This document shows, one piece after another, positions 46,252 to 60,436 of a stretch of DNA of 64,000 nt. Numbering within the stretch: the first letter of the stretch is position 1; the number at the start of each line of letters is the position of its first letter. The notes below the pieces were generated by a model that had not been told where the DNA came from, made no database searches, and worked only from the letters and a program-made list of their open reading frames with translations. The position numbers and the translations under genes are program-made. Origin of the DNA: Eledone cirrhosa (Eukaryota); NCBI GenBank assembly GCA_964016885.1, contig OZ024742.1, positions 204,352,001 through 204,416,000 on the forward strand, given 5' to 3'.

Positions 46252-46612
46252 ATATATTGTTATACTTTGGGAGGGTCATGTTGCCAATAAGAAACACACG
46301 CACCAGTTGCTTTCACTTCAATTTATTATATATTTATAAATTTATAAGTTTATAAATCTATAAATTTCTGGTTGGTTGGTTGGTTCCATAACCAGATAGT
46401 TGTTTATATATAGTCATAGTTCTTTCGTCACACACTCTGTGACCTCTTCAGTGTCTGGGGATCCCTTTCTTTGTTTTTGTGCCTCTCCTTTGTTCTGTCC
46501 TACGCCATTTTGTTTCTGTGTGTGTGTTGTGTGCTCAGTCTGCGCATGCGCCACATCCGGGTGTCTGTGTGTGTTTATGTTCATTTATTTATTTGTTTAT
46601 TTACATGTTACT
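46252..46612 (-). mobile_element. PLE family B 3' end / pseudo-LTR
   Basis: Reverse complement matches 12482-12815. Confidence 0.88.
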
Positions 46613-47580
46613 CTGTAATCATTCCATATTCATATTAATACATATGGCCTTTGTACAGAGACAACCAGATATTAATATATCAGCACAGAGATATCAAAAC
46701 GTTAAAAATATTTTCATCACTCCCTAGAGTATCTCGGGCCGTAAAAAACACAGTATGCACCCCATATCAACCACAGAAATCTACCCTTCCAATTTATCTG
46801 ACAATATATTGCCAAGTTCATTAGAAGCAATCAGAATCAAAAAGCAAACAAAAAAACAAAAATTATTCAACAAAACTTATTTAGCAGAAATCATTTAAAA
46901 GATTTAGGAGACCCTGTTGTTCTACAGATGCTCTTATATTTAGTATAGAAGTTTATCTAGCGTAAAATGTATTCAATAGATTGGGAGCATCTACATTTTA
47001 GGGTAGTTTAATTACATCATTAGTATATATATTTATGAAGAAGGTTTAAAAGAAAAAGTTGAAGGAATCGAAAGATTTATCGTCAGGTTTCATACATTAA
47101 TTAAATATCTTAACTAATTATACTACATTTTAAATTTATATTTATATTTAAACGTTGAGTTCAATCTATGTCTGCAGCAACTGAATAAATTGCTCCTTAA
47201 ATTAAGGGAATTTTTAGATTTTAATATAAAGAATATCTCCTCCACACAGAGGTCACATGTCTCAGATGAGGAATTAAAAGGAATCCCTCGTGAGACAATA
47301 TTCCAAAACATCGAATACCCAACGTTATCATGTTTAAGTTGCCAGAGTAAGCCTGATAGTGAAGTTGAAGATTTCTTGTTTGGATCTGTGAAAGAATTCT
47401 TATGATTCTTACATAAAAGTTGATCAATATTTATGGTACGTTAAAATTATTTATAAAACTGTTTATATATTGTATTTTATCTGAAGAAGGCATGCCATAT
47501 TTTTAATATGGTATCCCCGAAATATGTATAATGAAATAAATATGGTTTTATAAATATAGTTTCCATTTGTTTAATATCGT
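46613..47580 (-). mobile_element. PLE family A 3' fragment with inverted pseudo-LTR (~47440-47580)
   Basis: 47123-47410 matches 18660-18941; 47444-47580 is the reverse complement of 17935-18070. Confidence 0.82.
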
Positions 47581-47583
47581 ATA

Positions 47584-47685
<102 letters not shown>

Positions 47686-48043
47686 TATATATATATATAT
47701 ATTAATATATATATATATATTAATATATATATATTTTATATTAATATATATATATATTAACATATATATATATATTAATATATATATATATATATATATT
47801 AATATATATATATATATTAATATATATATATATATTAATATATAAATTAATAAAAATAATGAATAAACAAAGAAACAGTTCCTTATATTAAAAAATTCAT
47901 CATTTTACGATCGTTTCTAGGATATATATGTTAGTGTTGGTATGCATATCCTATAGATCTATGTAAAATTTTTACAAACTATCAGAAGGAATATACATAC
48001 CTACACATATATATGCTGTCTTCAGAAAATATATATATATATA

Positions 48044-48158
<115 letters not shown>

Positions 48159-48163
48159 ATATA

Positions 48164-48223
<60 letters not shown>

Positions 48224-48354
48224 GATAAATCTACCAAGAGTTTACGGTAGTGTCCAATCCGTATGAAGAACTCAATGTATTCCGGATATCATGGAAAGAA
48301 GAGATGTAATGAAAATCCACTTTCGGTGAAAGATAAACGGTATACAGAGTCAAG

Positions 48355-51300
48355 ATAAAATATTAAACAAATAATGAACAAACAATTCCTTATATTAAAC
48401 AAAAAAAGTTCACTATTTAACGATCGTTTCTAGGGCATATATGTGTTATAATTGGTATGCATATTTAACAGATCTATGTACAGAATTATACAAAATTATA
48501 CAAATTATCAAGATTAAATATACATACCTAACTCATATATACGCCGTCTTCAGAAATAATGAAGTATATTTATTGATAATAACAACAATTCAAAATGTCA
48601 GTTCAAAATTGACCAATGAAAACACAAAGGGTAAAAAAAGGTGGTTTATATCGTGATGACTGTCTTCTTCTTTCTAACAACCTTAGCCTTTCAGAAATCG
48701 AAAAAAACAAAAAGCATATTAGAACTTTCCTTAAAGACTATTATAATCTTAATATTACTTTTGAAAAAACAAGTAAAGTAGTAAATTTCCTAGATATAAC
48801 TTTAGATTTAGCTACGGGTATATACCAACCTTACCATAAACCTAACCAAAACTTACATTACATACACTCACAATCTAATCACCCTAAATCTATCCTTAAA
48901 AACCTTGCATATAATATATCACTTAGAATTTCTAACCTTTCTTCTAACCAGGATGTATTTGATAAAAATGCGACCTTTTATAATGAAGCTCTAGATAGAA
49001 GTGGCCACAAAAATAGATTAGAGTATATACCTTCTACTAAAAATACTGAAAGCATACAGCATAATATTACCAACAAACACCAAATGAAAAGTACACACCT
49101 AAATGCCACCCACAGTATACCCCAAAATACTAAATCTTCTAATATAAAGTATAGTAACCCTCAAAAAACTACTCATCATACGACTATAATAAATATTAAT
49201 AATAAAACTCCTAATAAAAAAGATAAAACACCTAAATCTACAAATATAACTAAAAATAGTTGTGGTGAGATCATTAACATTAATTCTCCTAGTAAAAATC
49301 ATGATACAACATATAAAAATAATAAAAATAATAAACAACATAGAAACCGTAATAGACGAGTTACTTGGTATAATGCTCCTTTTAATTTACAAGTTAAGGA
49401 TAATATTGCTAAAAAAAATTTTTTTATATCCTTGAGAAAAACTTCCCGCCAAACCACAAATACCATCAAATCTTAAATAGGTCTACAGTTAAATTCTCAT
49501 ACTCTACAACAAATAACATAAAACAAAATATAAGTGCATATAATGCATATAAATGTAAGAAAACCATAAGTATACCACCAGTACATCAAATTAACAATAA
49601 TATCTCCTCAAATACAGAATTAACGAAAGGATGTAACTGTAGAAACAAAACAAACTGCCCATTAAAAGGGAATTGTCTTGTTAACAACATAGTCTATAAA
49701 TGTAATGTTAAAACTAAAGATTCTATTTGCTCATATATAGGAGCTACCTCTAACAATTTTAAGACAAGGTATAATACCCACAAACATAGCTTTAAAAATG
49801 CCGCACTGGCTAATACAACATCTCTAGCAGAAAAAATCAATAGTTATAAAAATAAAAATATAAAATATGATTTGACCTGGAGTGTGCTCAAAAGAGCCAC
49901 CCCTTATCAAAATAATAGAAAGGAATGTAGATTATGTTCCCAAGAACTATTTGAAATAATGAAGTCTAGGGATATCTTATTAAATAAAAGACAGGAATTA
50001 ATTATATCGTGTAATCATAAACTAAAAAAAACATTTAAATATTATAAACCTAATTAATAACATTATTCTAGAATTTAATTTAATTTAAATGTTAGTTAAC
50101 CTATAAATTTAATTTAATTAATATTTTATTACAGATGAGAAAATATTATGTAATCATAAATTTTGAAAAACCTTTAAATATTACTAATATATACTCAGTA
50201 ATTTAATTTATAGATTAATTTTAATTTATTTTAACCTTTTACTATAATTTTTTTTATTATAATTCTTTTACAGATAAAATATAACAAAATAATATCATGT
50301 ATCCTATGACGGAGAAAGAATTTTTAGTATTATAGACCTAATTAATATACATTTTGGAAATATATTTATTATTTGGTTTTAGTTTTAATCAACCTAAAAC
50401 TTTAATTTTAATTTGCTTAAAATTAGTATCCTTGTACAGACGAATTGCAGAATGTCATGTAATCATAGAATGGGATGTGTTTTGGATATATACCTAGTTA
50501 ATATATTCTGTGCAATTTTTTGAAAAAGATATGTATATCTATATGTATATGTATATGTGTGTATTGTATGTGTATCTATATGTATATTTATGTGACTATA
50601 TATGTATGTATGTGTATATATATATGTATATATATATATATATATGTGTGTATATGTATATGTATGTATATGTGTATGTATATGTATATGTATGCGTATT
50701 AATTTTGATTTTTATTTGCATATAATTATATTATGCTATTGATGAAATACAATATCTGCTTTATGTATTGTATACCTAATTAACATATACTAATTAACGT
50801 ATACTATTGAAATAAATATATAATTTTTAATTTAGTTAACATATAATTTATATGCTACTACCGATGTAATACTTTATTTTATTTTTATTTGGGTTTCTTT
50901 TCCCTATTACTAAATTCATCTCCTAATATTGATACCATAACGTTATTAACTTTAATTTAGTTATAATGTAATTAATAATCTACTACTGTTTGACTTCATA
51001 ATTTTGCTTCAAATATTATAAACCTAACTAATTTACACCTTGGAAATCAATATGTTGACTATCTTTGGTTTAGTTAACATATGATTAATGGTATACTTTT
51101 TTATTTTGGGATGCATAGATTTCGTATTTCCTAGCACTGAAAATATGTAAGAACATACATTGAATTAAGATACGGAAAATATTATATGTTTCTTGAAACA
51201 TATATTTACTTTGATCCCCTTCTCCAAACCCCCCCTTTCCCCCATACTATTATCATCTGTTTTTGTAAGAGTATATGTATGAATATATGTGTAGGTGGGT

Positions 51301-52418
51301 GTCTATATAGGTTTTGGTATTTATTTCTAAATATAAAAATACATATATGAGCATGTAAATATGAATGTAAGATTGAGTGTGTATATATGATTGTACATAC
51401 ATATGTATGTATATATATGTATATATATGTATTATATATGTATGTGTAAGTGAATGTGTGGTATGTATATGTATATGTATATGTATATATGTGTATGTAT
51501 GTGTATGCTTGTATATAGGAATATATATATGTGTATATATATATATATGTATATGCGTGGTTGTATGTATGTGTATATGGGTTCTGTATATATTCGTATG
51601 TCTCTCTATTTATATGTTTATCTTCATATCTATGTGATATATGTGTGTGTGTGTGCATATATGCATATGTATGTGTTTGTGTGTGTTTGTATGTGTGTGT
51701 GTATATATATATGTATTTGCGCACACTCACATACACATATATATATATATATGTATATGTGAGTGTGTATGTGTGTCTGTGTGTGTGTGTGTGTGTGTAT
51801 GTGTATATATGTGTGTATATATATGTGTGTATGTATGTGTATATATGTAGATATATATATTTATATATATATATATATATATGTGTATATGGGTATCTAT
51901 GTGTGAATATATGTCTTTATTCGTATGTGTGTATTTATGTATGTATATATTTAGGTGTATGTATGTATGTGTATGTATGTGTGTGTATATATATATGTAT
52001 GTGTATATATGTATATGTGTGTATATATGTATATATATATATATATATATTATTCTTTATTATTATTGTAATATAACTTATGTGTATATGTGTATAAGTG
52101 AGGTTGTGTATGTATATATACTATGTGTATATATAAGAGTAATGAAATATATATATATATGTGTGTGTATATATGTGCATGTCTGTTTTTTATGTGTGTG
52201 TATATATATATGTGTATGTGTATATATGTGTATATATATATATATATATATGTGTACGTGTGTGTATGTGGATGTATATATATATATATATATATATATA
52301 CATGTGGGTGTTTGTATGTATATTTATGGTGGTATGAGTGTGGGGATATATATGTTTGTATATATATATGTATATGTGTATATATATATATATATATGAG
52401 TCTATGTGTGTGTGTATA

Positions 52419-52459
<41 letters not shown>

Positions 52460-53423
52460 ATGTGTGTATGTGTTGCGCGTGAGTGTGTGTGTATTTATAT
52501 CTTTTTATATGTGTATGTGTATGTTCATGTAAATGTATGTGTGTGTATGACAGTATAGGTATGTGTGTATGTATGTATGTGTAGATATCTCTATGTGCGC
52601 GTACATGTATGTATGTGTATGTATATCTGTATGTGTATGTACATTTATTATATTTTATTGTTTTTATTTTTATTTTTTTATTTTTCTTAATTTATAGATA
52701 CATTTATTTTAGGCTGTCTGGTCTGACAATCTAATACTGACCCCTCCCCCCCCCTCCCACCTAATTTCTGTATCTTGATCTTGAAATGTGTGTACCAGTG
52801 TTTTTATGTGAGTGACTTAATTTCTATTTGCTTATGATTTTATATCCACATATATAAATGTGAGTGGGGGAGTGTGTGTGTTTATATGCTCGTGGTTGTG
52901 TGTATATTTATGCATATACGCACATGTATGTGTGATTATACTGATATGTGTGAGTATGAAAAAAATATATTTATATGCTTGACTCCATAAGTATCTTTGC
53001 GTATCTTATCAGCGCATTAAGCTTACAGAGATATTAACCTTGAAATTTTGTGTTTACATCCATCTTTTTAGTATACACATACAAATTATACACACATTAT
53101 TGTAAAATATGTGTAAGGTTTTTGCATGTATATACACACACCAAACTGCTTTTTACCCTTTGTGTTTTCATTGGTCAATTTTGAACTGACATTTTGAATT
53201 GTTGTTATTATCAATAAATATACTTCATTATTTCTGAAGACGGCGTATATATGAGTTAGGTATGTATATTTAATCTTGATAATTTGTATAATTTTGTATA
53301 ATTCTGTACATAGATCTGTTAAATATGCATACCAATTATAACACATATATGCCCTAGAAACGATCGTTAAATAGTGAACTTTTTTTGTTTAATATAAGGA
53401 ATTGTTTGTTCATTATTTGTTTA

Positions 53424-53432
<9 letters not shown>
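48355..53432 (+). mobile_element. PLE with ~280-bp inverted pseudo-LTR, truncated RT + GIY-YIG and ~3-kb microsatellite-rich 3' region
   Basis: 48355-48637 is the reverse complement of 53150-53432; GGLYRDD..VNFLDITL..SNHPKS (48616-49476), CNCRNKTNCPL..YIGATS..CRLCSQE to 50057. Confidence 0.9.
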
Positions 53433-53465
<33 letters not shown>

Positions 53466-54182
53466 TAATATATTATTCAAAATATTAACAAATGAAAGAA
53501 ATTCACGTAATCAAAATATATGGTTTATTATATATATTTTCAAAGGTACTCTGCTGTTTTTTCAGTACGTCTTCATCAGATAAAATATATGATTGTGATA
53601 TATGACATCCCGCTACGTTTCTTGATTATTCAATTCCAGTACTGGCAGTGATTTATTTCATCAAATCTCAATGTTTATATACCACAAATAATATGATAAA
53701 CTTTAAGAAAAGGACGTAGAGTAAATTAGAGATATGAGAGAGTGTAAGTAAGAGGAAAGGCAAGAAAAAATAAATAAATACATACATAAATACATACATA
53801 AATAGATAAATAAATAAAAATAAAAGGATGAATGAGTAAAAGAAATATATAAAAATAAAAGAGGAATAAAGAGGAAAGATGTGAGGAAAGTAAAGGGAAC
53901 AGAAGGGGTAAAGAAAATAAAGAAAAATAAAGAAACATCAAATAGAGGGGGATAGAATAAAAATACCGTTGTTTTTAAATGCTCGATCTAATAGGACATC
54001 CAATCAATTCACATAATCAATTGAATAACTTTTGTATTTGATTATGCATTAGCTAATTATACTTATATATTATATCAAAATTAATCAGTATAAATTATTT
54101 TCTATAGTAATCACATATATAGTTTAATTAAAAATTTATATAATTTAATTTAACTCATTATAGATTATTATTTTTAATTTTA

Positions 54183-54375
54183 AGGGCGGTGGATTGGCAA
54201 TATCGGTAGAGGGTCGGACACCATGCTTTGCAGCAAAGAGTTACGGCCCTTTATGGTCTGAGTTCAAATCCCGCCGAGGTTAACTTTGCCTTTCATCCTT
54301 ATGGGATCGATAAAATAAAGTACCAGTAATACACTTGGATAATTGCTGGCCTTGTGCCAAAAGTAGAAACAATTA
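54183..54375 (+). mobile_element. Octopus-type tRNA-derived SINE (Nin/Deu-domain-like)
   Basis: ggcggtggattggca A-box region, gagttcaaatcc B box, ctttgcctttcatcct..gatcgataaaataaagtaccag domain. Confidence 0.82.
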
Positions 54376-56321
54376 TTTTTAATTTTAAGGTAAGATATTC
54401 TATAAATATTTTGTTACAACTGTAAAAGAATTAATCTTTAAAGCGTATTTAAATAATTATTACATATGTATTAAAATCTAATACCATACATAAATCACCA
54501 TCAATATATATAATATGTTTAGATCATATATTACTCAAATTATTTAATATATATCTTTATAAAATATTCACTATTGTTTAATTTTTATTTAATTTCTAGG
54601 ATTAAACTGCAGTTACATTTACTTTCAAAAGTTTAAATTCCGTTAATTTAATGAAAGGTCATATTTACTTCTATATTTACTTATTTTGATATATAGTTTC
54701 ATTTTAATGATAGTCTGTATATTATTAGTCTACATATTTTGAAACTAATATAATTTAGCAAGCTAGTCAAAAAGAAAAGAATTTTTTACGGACAAACATT
54801 TATAACATATGTCTACTCTCACATTCCGCGATATTTCGAAAACCATAAATCATCTATTGCAAATATCAGAAAAGATGTCTAGTTAAATATTGAACTGTCC
54901 TAATCAAAACATAGGATAACGAGACTCTTATTATTACCACAATAAGGCAAAAACATATATATATTAAATTATTAATTGTCAATATTTTTCCGAAATTTGT
55001 ACAATGCCTGGAACGTTTTACCAATTTTATGGTGACAACTACTGAATAATTCGTTTTTTTTTGTTTGTTTTTTTATTAAATTGTCATAATTTATAATTAT
55101 CTGTAGAGTCTCGAAGTTACAAAGATTGCAATTTAGCGAAATAGATGCGTTCTGATAGGAATTGGCATTCTCTAATTTGGTCCAAGTGATGGAGTATTTA
55201 ATATTATTGTCCTTTAAAGACCATATTAATTGCCAAAGTGAAATTGAAAATTTCTTATCTGGTTTACTAAAAGAATGTCTATGATTATAACAACGTTCCT
55301 TAAATTTGGATGAAGTGGCACCAATATAATTATATATATTATTATTTGTCTTAATGGTACATTTATATACTAGATTCTTGTCAAGGCAATTATTTTGTAA
55401 AGGACTTTCGGACTTCTTTCTACAATTACATTTCTTCTCAATGTTATTTCAAGACCTTAAACTATTCACATTATTATTTACAGGTGTTCTACTATTATTC
55501 GTATTTAAACTATTATTGTTATTCCTGTTAACTAATGTATTGTTATTATTGCTAATTATATGTTGGTTCAAATTAAGATTTTTACTAATTATTTTTGCTA
55601 TATTTTGAGCAATATTCATAGTTGAATAAGAAAGTTTAACTGCGTGTCTATTGAAAATAGAGTAATATTATTCCTCAAGTTATTATTTTTATATTTATTT
55701 TTATTATAATTAGTGTGATTATAATTAATATTATTTTCAGTATTTTTTCTATATACTCAATATTATTGTTATATTCAGCTTTACGTAAAGCTTCATTATA
55801 ATATACAGCCTTACTATTAAATATGGATCTATTAGCAGATAGCCGGGATATTCGTTGTTGTACACTGTTGACTATTAAATTCTTAACACTTTTAGGATGA
55901 TTAGAATAAAAACTAACATAATTTAAATTCTCATTGAGTTTATGGAAAGGATAATAAAGGCCTGAGTTCAAATTAAGAGTCACGTCTAAAAAATTAACTA
56001 TTTTATTATTATTTTCTACTTCTAATTTCAGGTCGTAATTTTAAAAAAATTCTATAATTATTTTCTTTACTCTATTTAATTCGCTATTATTATGTTTTTC
56101 TACAATAAATAGTATATCGTCTCTATATAAACCTCCGGTAATCTCCGGCAGTTTTCTATTTATCATGTTAAGGATAAAAATTCCCACAAGATCCGTAACT
56201 TGTGCCGAATCAGACGAACCCATAGTAATGTCAAAATTCTTATCTATCCGATCTAGTCCAAAGATCATTATTAAAATCAATCAAAGTTCGCCTTGCTTAT
56301 TAATATAATATTTATCTCATC

Positions 56322-56383
56322 GATAAAATAAAGTACCAGTAATGCACTGGGTAATTGCTGGCCTTGTGCCTAAAGTAGAAACA
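56322..56383 (+). mobile_element. 5'-truncated SINE inserted into a PLE RT with a 17-bp target-site duplication
   Basis: ataatatttatctcatc at 56305-56321 and 56384-56400. Confidence 0.85.
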
Positions 56384-56920
56384 ATAATATTTATCTCATC
56401 ACTAGATAAGTCCGTATGTTTATATGCATATGATAGCGCCTTATTTAATACATTAGGAGTTATCGAGGAATAATAACTCGCTATGTCCATTTGAATGAAC
56501 TAACAATTATTTTTATTTTTGATATTATTGAACCAATCTATGACTTCACTAGTGCCTTTCCATAGATTTAGCCATGACCTCAATTTAAGAGTTGGTAAAA
56601 TCCCATCTATTATATTTTTACTAATTATTCCAAGATCCTATTTAGAGGGTGCCATAAGTCTAACTAGTAAGTCCTCTTCGAAATTCATTTTAAGGTCTTT
56701 AAAATTTATCCGCGGTTGCTTTGGTAGGAAAGGTTCGGTTTTCCGCTCTATTCCAAGATTGGTGATAATTTCAAATACATCATTATTAATATCCAGGAAA
56801 ATTTCTTGTTGAGTGCTTTTAATCTATTGTAAAATTGTATTCATTGAGTAATCAACGAACCATATTAATCTTTGGTCATATATATTAATATATATATATA
56901 TATATTAATATATATATTAA

Positions 56921-56982
<62 letters not shown>

Positions 56983-56989
56983 TATATAT

Positions 56990-57782
56990 ATAAAAACAAA
57001 TAACGAAACGAAATTAAATTTCGTTTCGTTTGTAACTCACTTTTGTATGACTGACGCTTAAACAATTAAGTTAAAAATGTACATCCACATATGTATACTG
57101 AAATACTAGTATGCATATGAATACACACACGTGTACATATGTAGATGTACCGAGTTTTTCACTGGTCACTTTACTGTGAGTGTCCAGCTATTCTGTATGT
57201 AAACACACAGACAAACCGGTTTTTAGAGTCATACTGGTTTTTGAGGAAACACCTTTCCTCTATTCTCCAGAAAGCCAGACAAGGAATATTGGACTAGTTT
57301 CGATGTTGTTACATCTCATCAGCAATATTTACCTATCTTCCGGCCTTTCTAGAGAATCGTAAAAGCACATATCGTTATATGCTTTTTCTATGAAAATTAG
57401 TAGTGGGCAGACTAATTTGCATAGAGCGTGAGTACGTACCGGTTCAACGGAGACGATAAAAACAAATAACGAAACGAAATTAAATTTCGTTTCGTTTGTA
57501 ACTCACTTTTGTATGACTGACGCTTAAACAATTAAGTTAAAATGTACATCCACATATGTATACTGAAATACTAGTATGCATATGAATACACACACGTGTA
57601 CATAGTCCAATATTCCTTGTCTGGCTTTCTGGAGAATAGAGGAAAGGTGTTTCCTCAAAAACCAGTATGACTCTAAAAACCGGTTTGTCTGTGTGTTTAC
57701 ATACAGAATAGCTGGACACTCACAGTAAAGTGACCAGTGAAAAGCTCGGTACATCTACATATGTACACGTGTGTGTATTCAT
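56990..57782 (-). mobile_element. Retrozyme-like family R2: 466-bp unit x1.3 plus inverted segment (57603-57782)
   Basis: Direct repeat offset 56991/57457; HHR, octamer and flanking blocks homologous to R1; 3' end joins (TA)n. Confidence 0.85.
57285..57329 (-). ncRNA. Type I hammerhead ribozyme of R2
   Basis: aatattg-CUGAUGA-gatgt aac a acatc-type hairpin (gatgt/acatc)-GAAA-ctag-UC-caatatt; canonical core, GUC site. Confidence 0.93.
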
Positions 57783-59418
57783 AAAATAGATAAAAAATAG
57801 ATAAAAAATAATAAATAATAAATAAATAAAAAATAGATAAGAAATAGATAAAACATAGCTAAAAAATAGATAAAAAAATAGATAAGAAATAGATAAAAAT
57901 AGCTAAAAAATAGATAAAAGATAAATAATGAAAAAATAATAAAAAATAAAAAATATATGATAAAATAAAATAAAATAAAATAAAGTAAAATAAAATAAAA
58001 TAATATAATAAAAGGTAGATTAAAATATACACCAGAAGATAGATAAAATAAAAAAACAATACACCAAAGAAAATGGAGTAAAATATACACCATAAAGGAA
58101 GGTGTGGGTAAAGATTAGACTGGCAAATGCATAAGCTATCAAGCTATGTTCAACAAAGGATACACGTACAACACATAAGATACACAACGATATATATACA
58201 CAAAAATATATATAAAAAATATATATAAAAGAGACGTATATATAAGGATATATATATATATATATATGCACATATCAGTCCAAGTAATGTATATTTATAA
58301 AGATGTAACTGGGGGTAAAAAGATGTAATAAGGGTAATCAAGATGGTAATTATTAGGGCATGTAAAATAATATTATTATAGAAATCCTAAGGTGACACTA
58401 GTGTCGACTCATGGTGATATATGGAATATAACAGGAGCACACGAACGCCTTAAGTGTTGCAGTTAGCCGCAGTTCAACAATAGAGTGTTCAAATGAGATT
58501 TTCCATGAACAGATGCTATGCACGTCTGTGTATTGAACTTTGTAGTGTAAACTTTTTCGGATTGCCTAACCGCTCAACTCTATCAATGCACACCTGTGGA
58601 TTGAACTTTGGAGTGTGAACGTCTGGGACTGTCCAACCTGGGATGTTTCCATTGCATTGTAATGGTCAACTCAATCTAGTGCGGACATAGCATCTGTTCA
58701 TGGAAAATCTCATTTGAACACTCTATTGTTGAACTGCGGCTAACTGCAACACCTAAGGCGTTCGTGTGCTCCTGATATATTCCATATATCACCATGAGTC
58801 GACACTAGTGTCACCTTAGGATTTCTATAATAATATTATTTTACATGCCCTAATAATTACCATCTTGATTACCCTTATTACATCTTTTTACCCCCAGTTA
58901 CATCTTTATAAATATACATTACTTGGACTGATATGCGCATATATATATATATATATATCCTTATATATACGTCTCTTTTATATATATTTTTTATATATAT
59001 TTTTGTGTATATATATCGTTGTGTATCTTATGTGTTGTACGTGTATCCTTTGTTGAACACAGCTTGATAGCTTATGCATTTGCCAGTCTAATCTTTACCC
59101 ACACCTTCCTTTATGGTGTATATTTTACTCCATTTTCTTTGGTGTATTGTTTTTTTATTTTATCTATCTTCTGGTGTATATTTTAATCTACCTTTTATTA
59201 TATTATTTTATTTTATTTTACTTTATTTTATTTTATTTTATTTTATCATATATTTTTTATTTTTTATTATTTTTTCATTATTTATCTTTTATCTATTTTT
59301 TAGCTATTTTTATCTATTTCTTATCTATTTTTTATCTATTTTTTAGCTATTTTTTATCTATTTCTTATCTATTTTTTATTTATTTATTATTTATTATTTT
59401 TTATCTATTTTTTATCTA
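57781..59418. repeat. Large fold-back, ~740-bp arms with 165-bp spacer; part of a PLE-type 3' region running to ~60000
   Basis: 57781-58520 mirrors 58686-59418 (mirror ORFs 58150-58341 and 58865-59056 translate identically). Confidence 0.93.
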
Positions 59419-59825
59419 CCTCTTATCTATTTTTTATCTATCTCTACCTCTTAACTTGTGCCCACCCGTCTATGATATGTTATTTGTATTAGTGTATACT
59501 GTATTTTTACTTTTATTTTTATTTTTATTATTAATAGTATTATTATTTTTATTATTATTTTTATTCTTAATCTTATTCTTTTTTTATTCTTTTTTTTATT
59601 CTTTTTTTTTTCTTTTTTTTTTCTTTTTTTTTAATCTTATTCTTTTTTTTTATTCTTAATCCTATTCTTATTTTTATGTTTATTTTATTTTACTCCTCTT
59701 ATTTTACTCCTCTTATTTTGCTCCTTTTACTTTACTCTTTAAACTCCTCTCAACTTATGGTATCCCCACATATATTCTTCTGTTTTGGCTTTGTCAATGC
59801 TTGTATACTTTGTATTTACTCTTTA

Positions 59826-59871
59826 TGCTCTGAAGAGTCCCACTTCTATTGTGGACGAAACACTGTTAGCA
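59826..59871 (+). ncRNA. Type I hammerhead ribozyme
   Basis: tgct-CUGAAGA-gtcc..ggac-GAAA-ca c tg-UU-agca, ~130 nt before a TA-rich tract. Confidence 0.88.
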
Positions 59872-60089
59872 ATTAAAGATATACCTATGTTCTAAGCGCT
59901 CTTTGTTGTTAATTGTATTACGGCTCTGTCCTCTGACATTGAGCTAACCATATACTGCCTATTTGATAAGTGGAGTGTTAAACACTCCCAATTCTCTCCC
60001 TTATATATTTATACATATATATCTACATATATCCATATGTTTATATACATCTAGGTATATACACGCATACATACACACACACATATATA

Positions 60090-60260
<171 letters not shown>

Positions 60261-60436
60261 ATATACATATATACAGATGTATAAATACACATATATACAT
60301 GTGTGTATGTGTATGAGGACGCGCCACTTAACAAAAATGGTTTAATAGTAAGAAAAAATCGATTGACACATTTTACTGATTTATCAGGATATTTTTTGCT
60401 ATCGTGTTTCAGTGGTACTGTTTTTCTCTCTCCTTT

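Larger units (their letters stand above)
53465..56860 (-). mobile_element. PLE family A, longest but degraded copy; HHR at 53524-53585
   Basis: FDITMGSSDSAQVTDLVG..GGLYRDD (56041-56280), YYPFHK..SNHPKS, GIY-YIG remnants ~55020-55440; ttat-CUGAUGA-agac gtact..agtac cttt-GAAA..UA-ataa. Confidence 0.88.
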
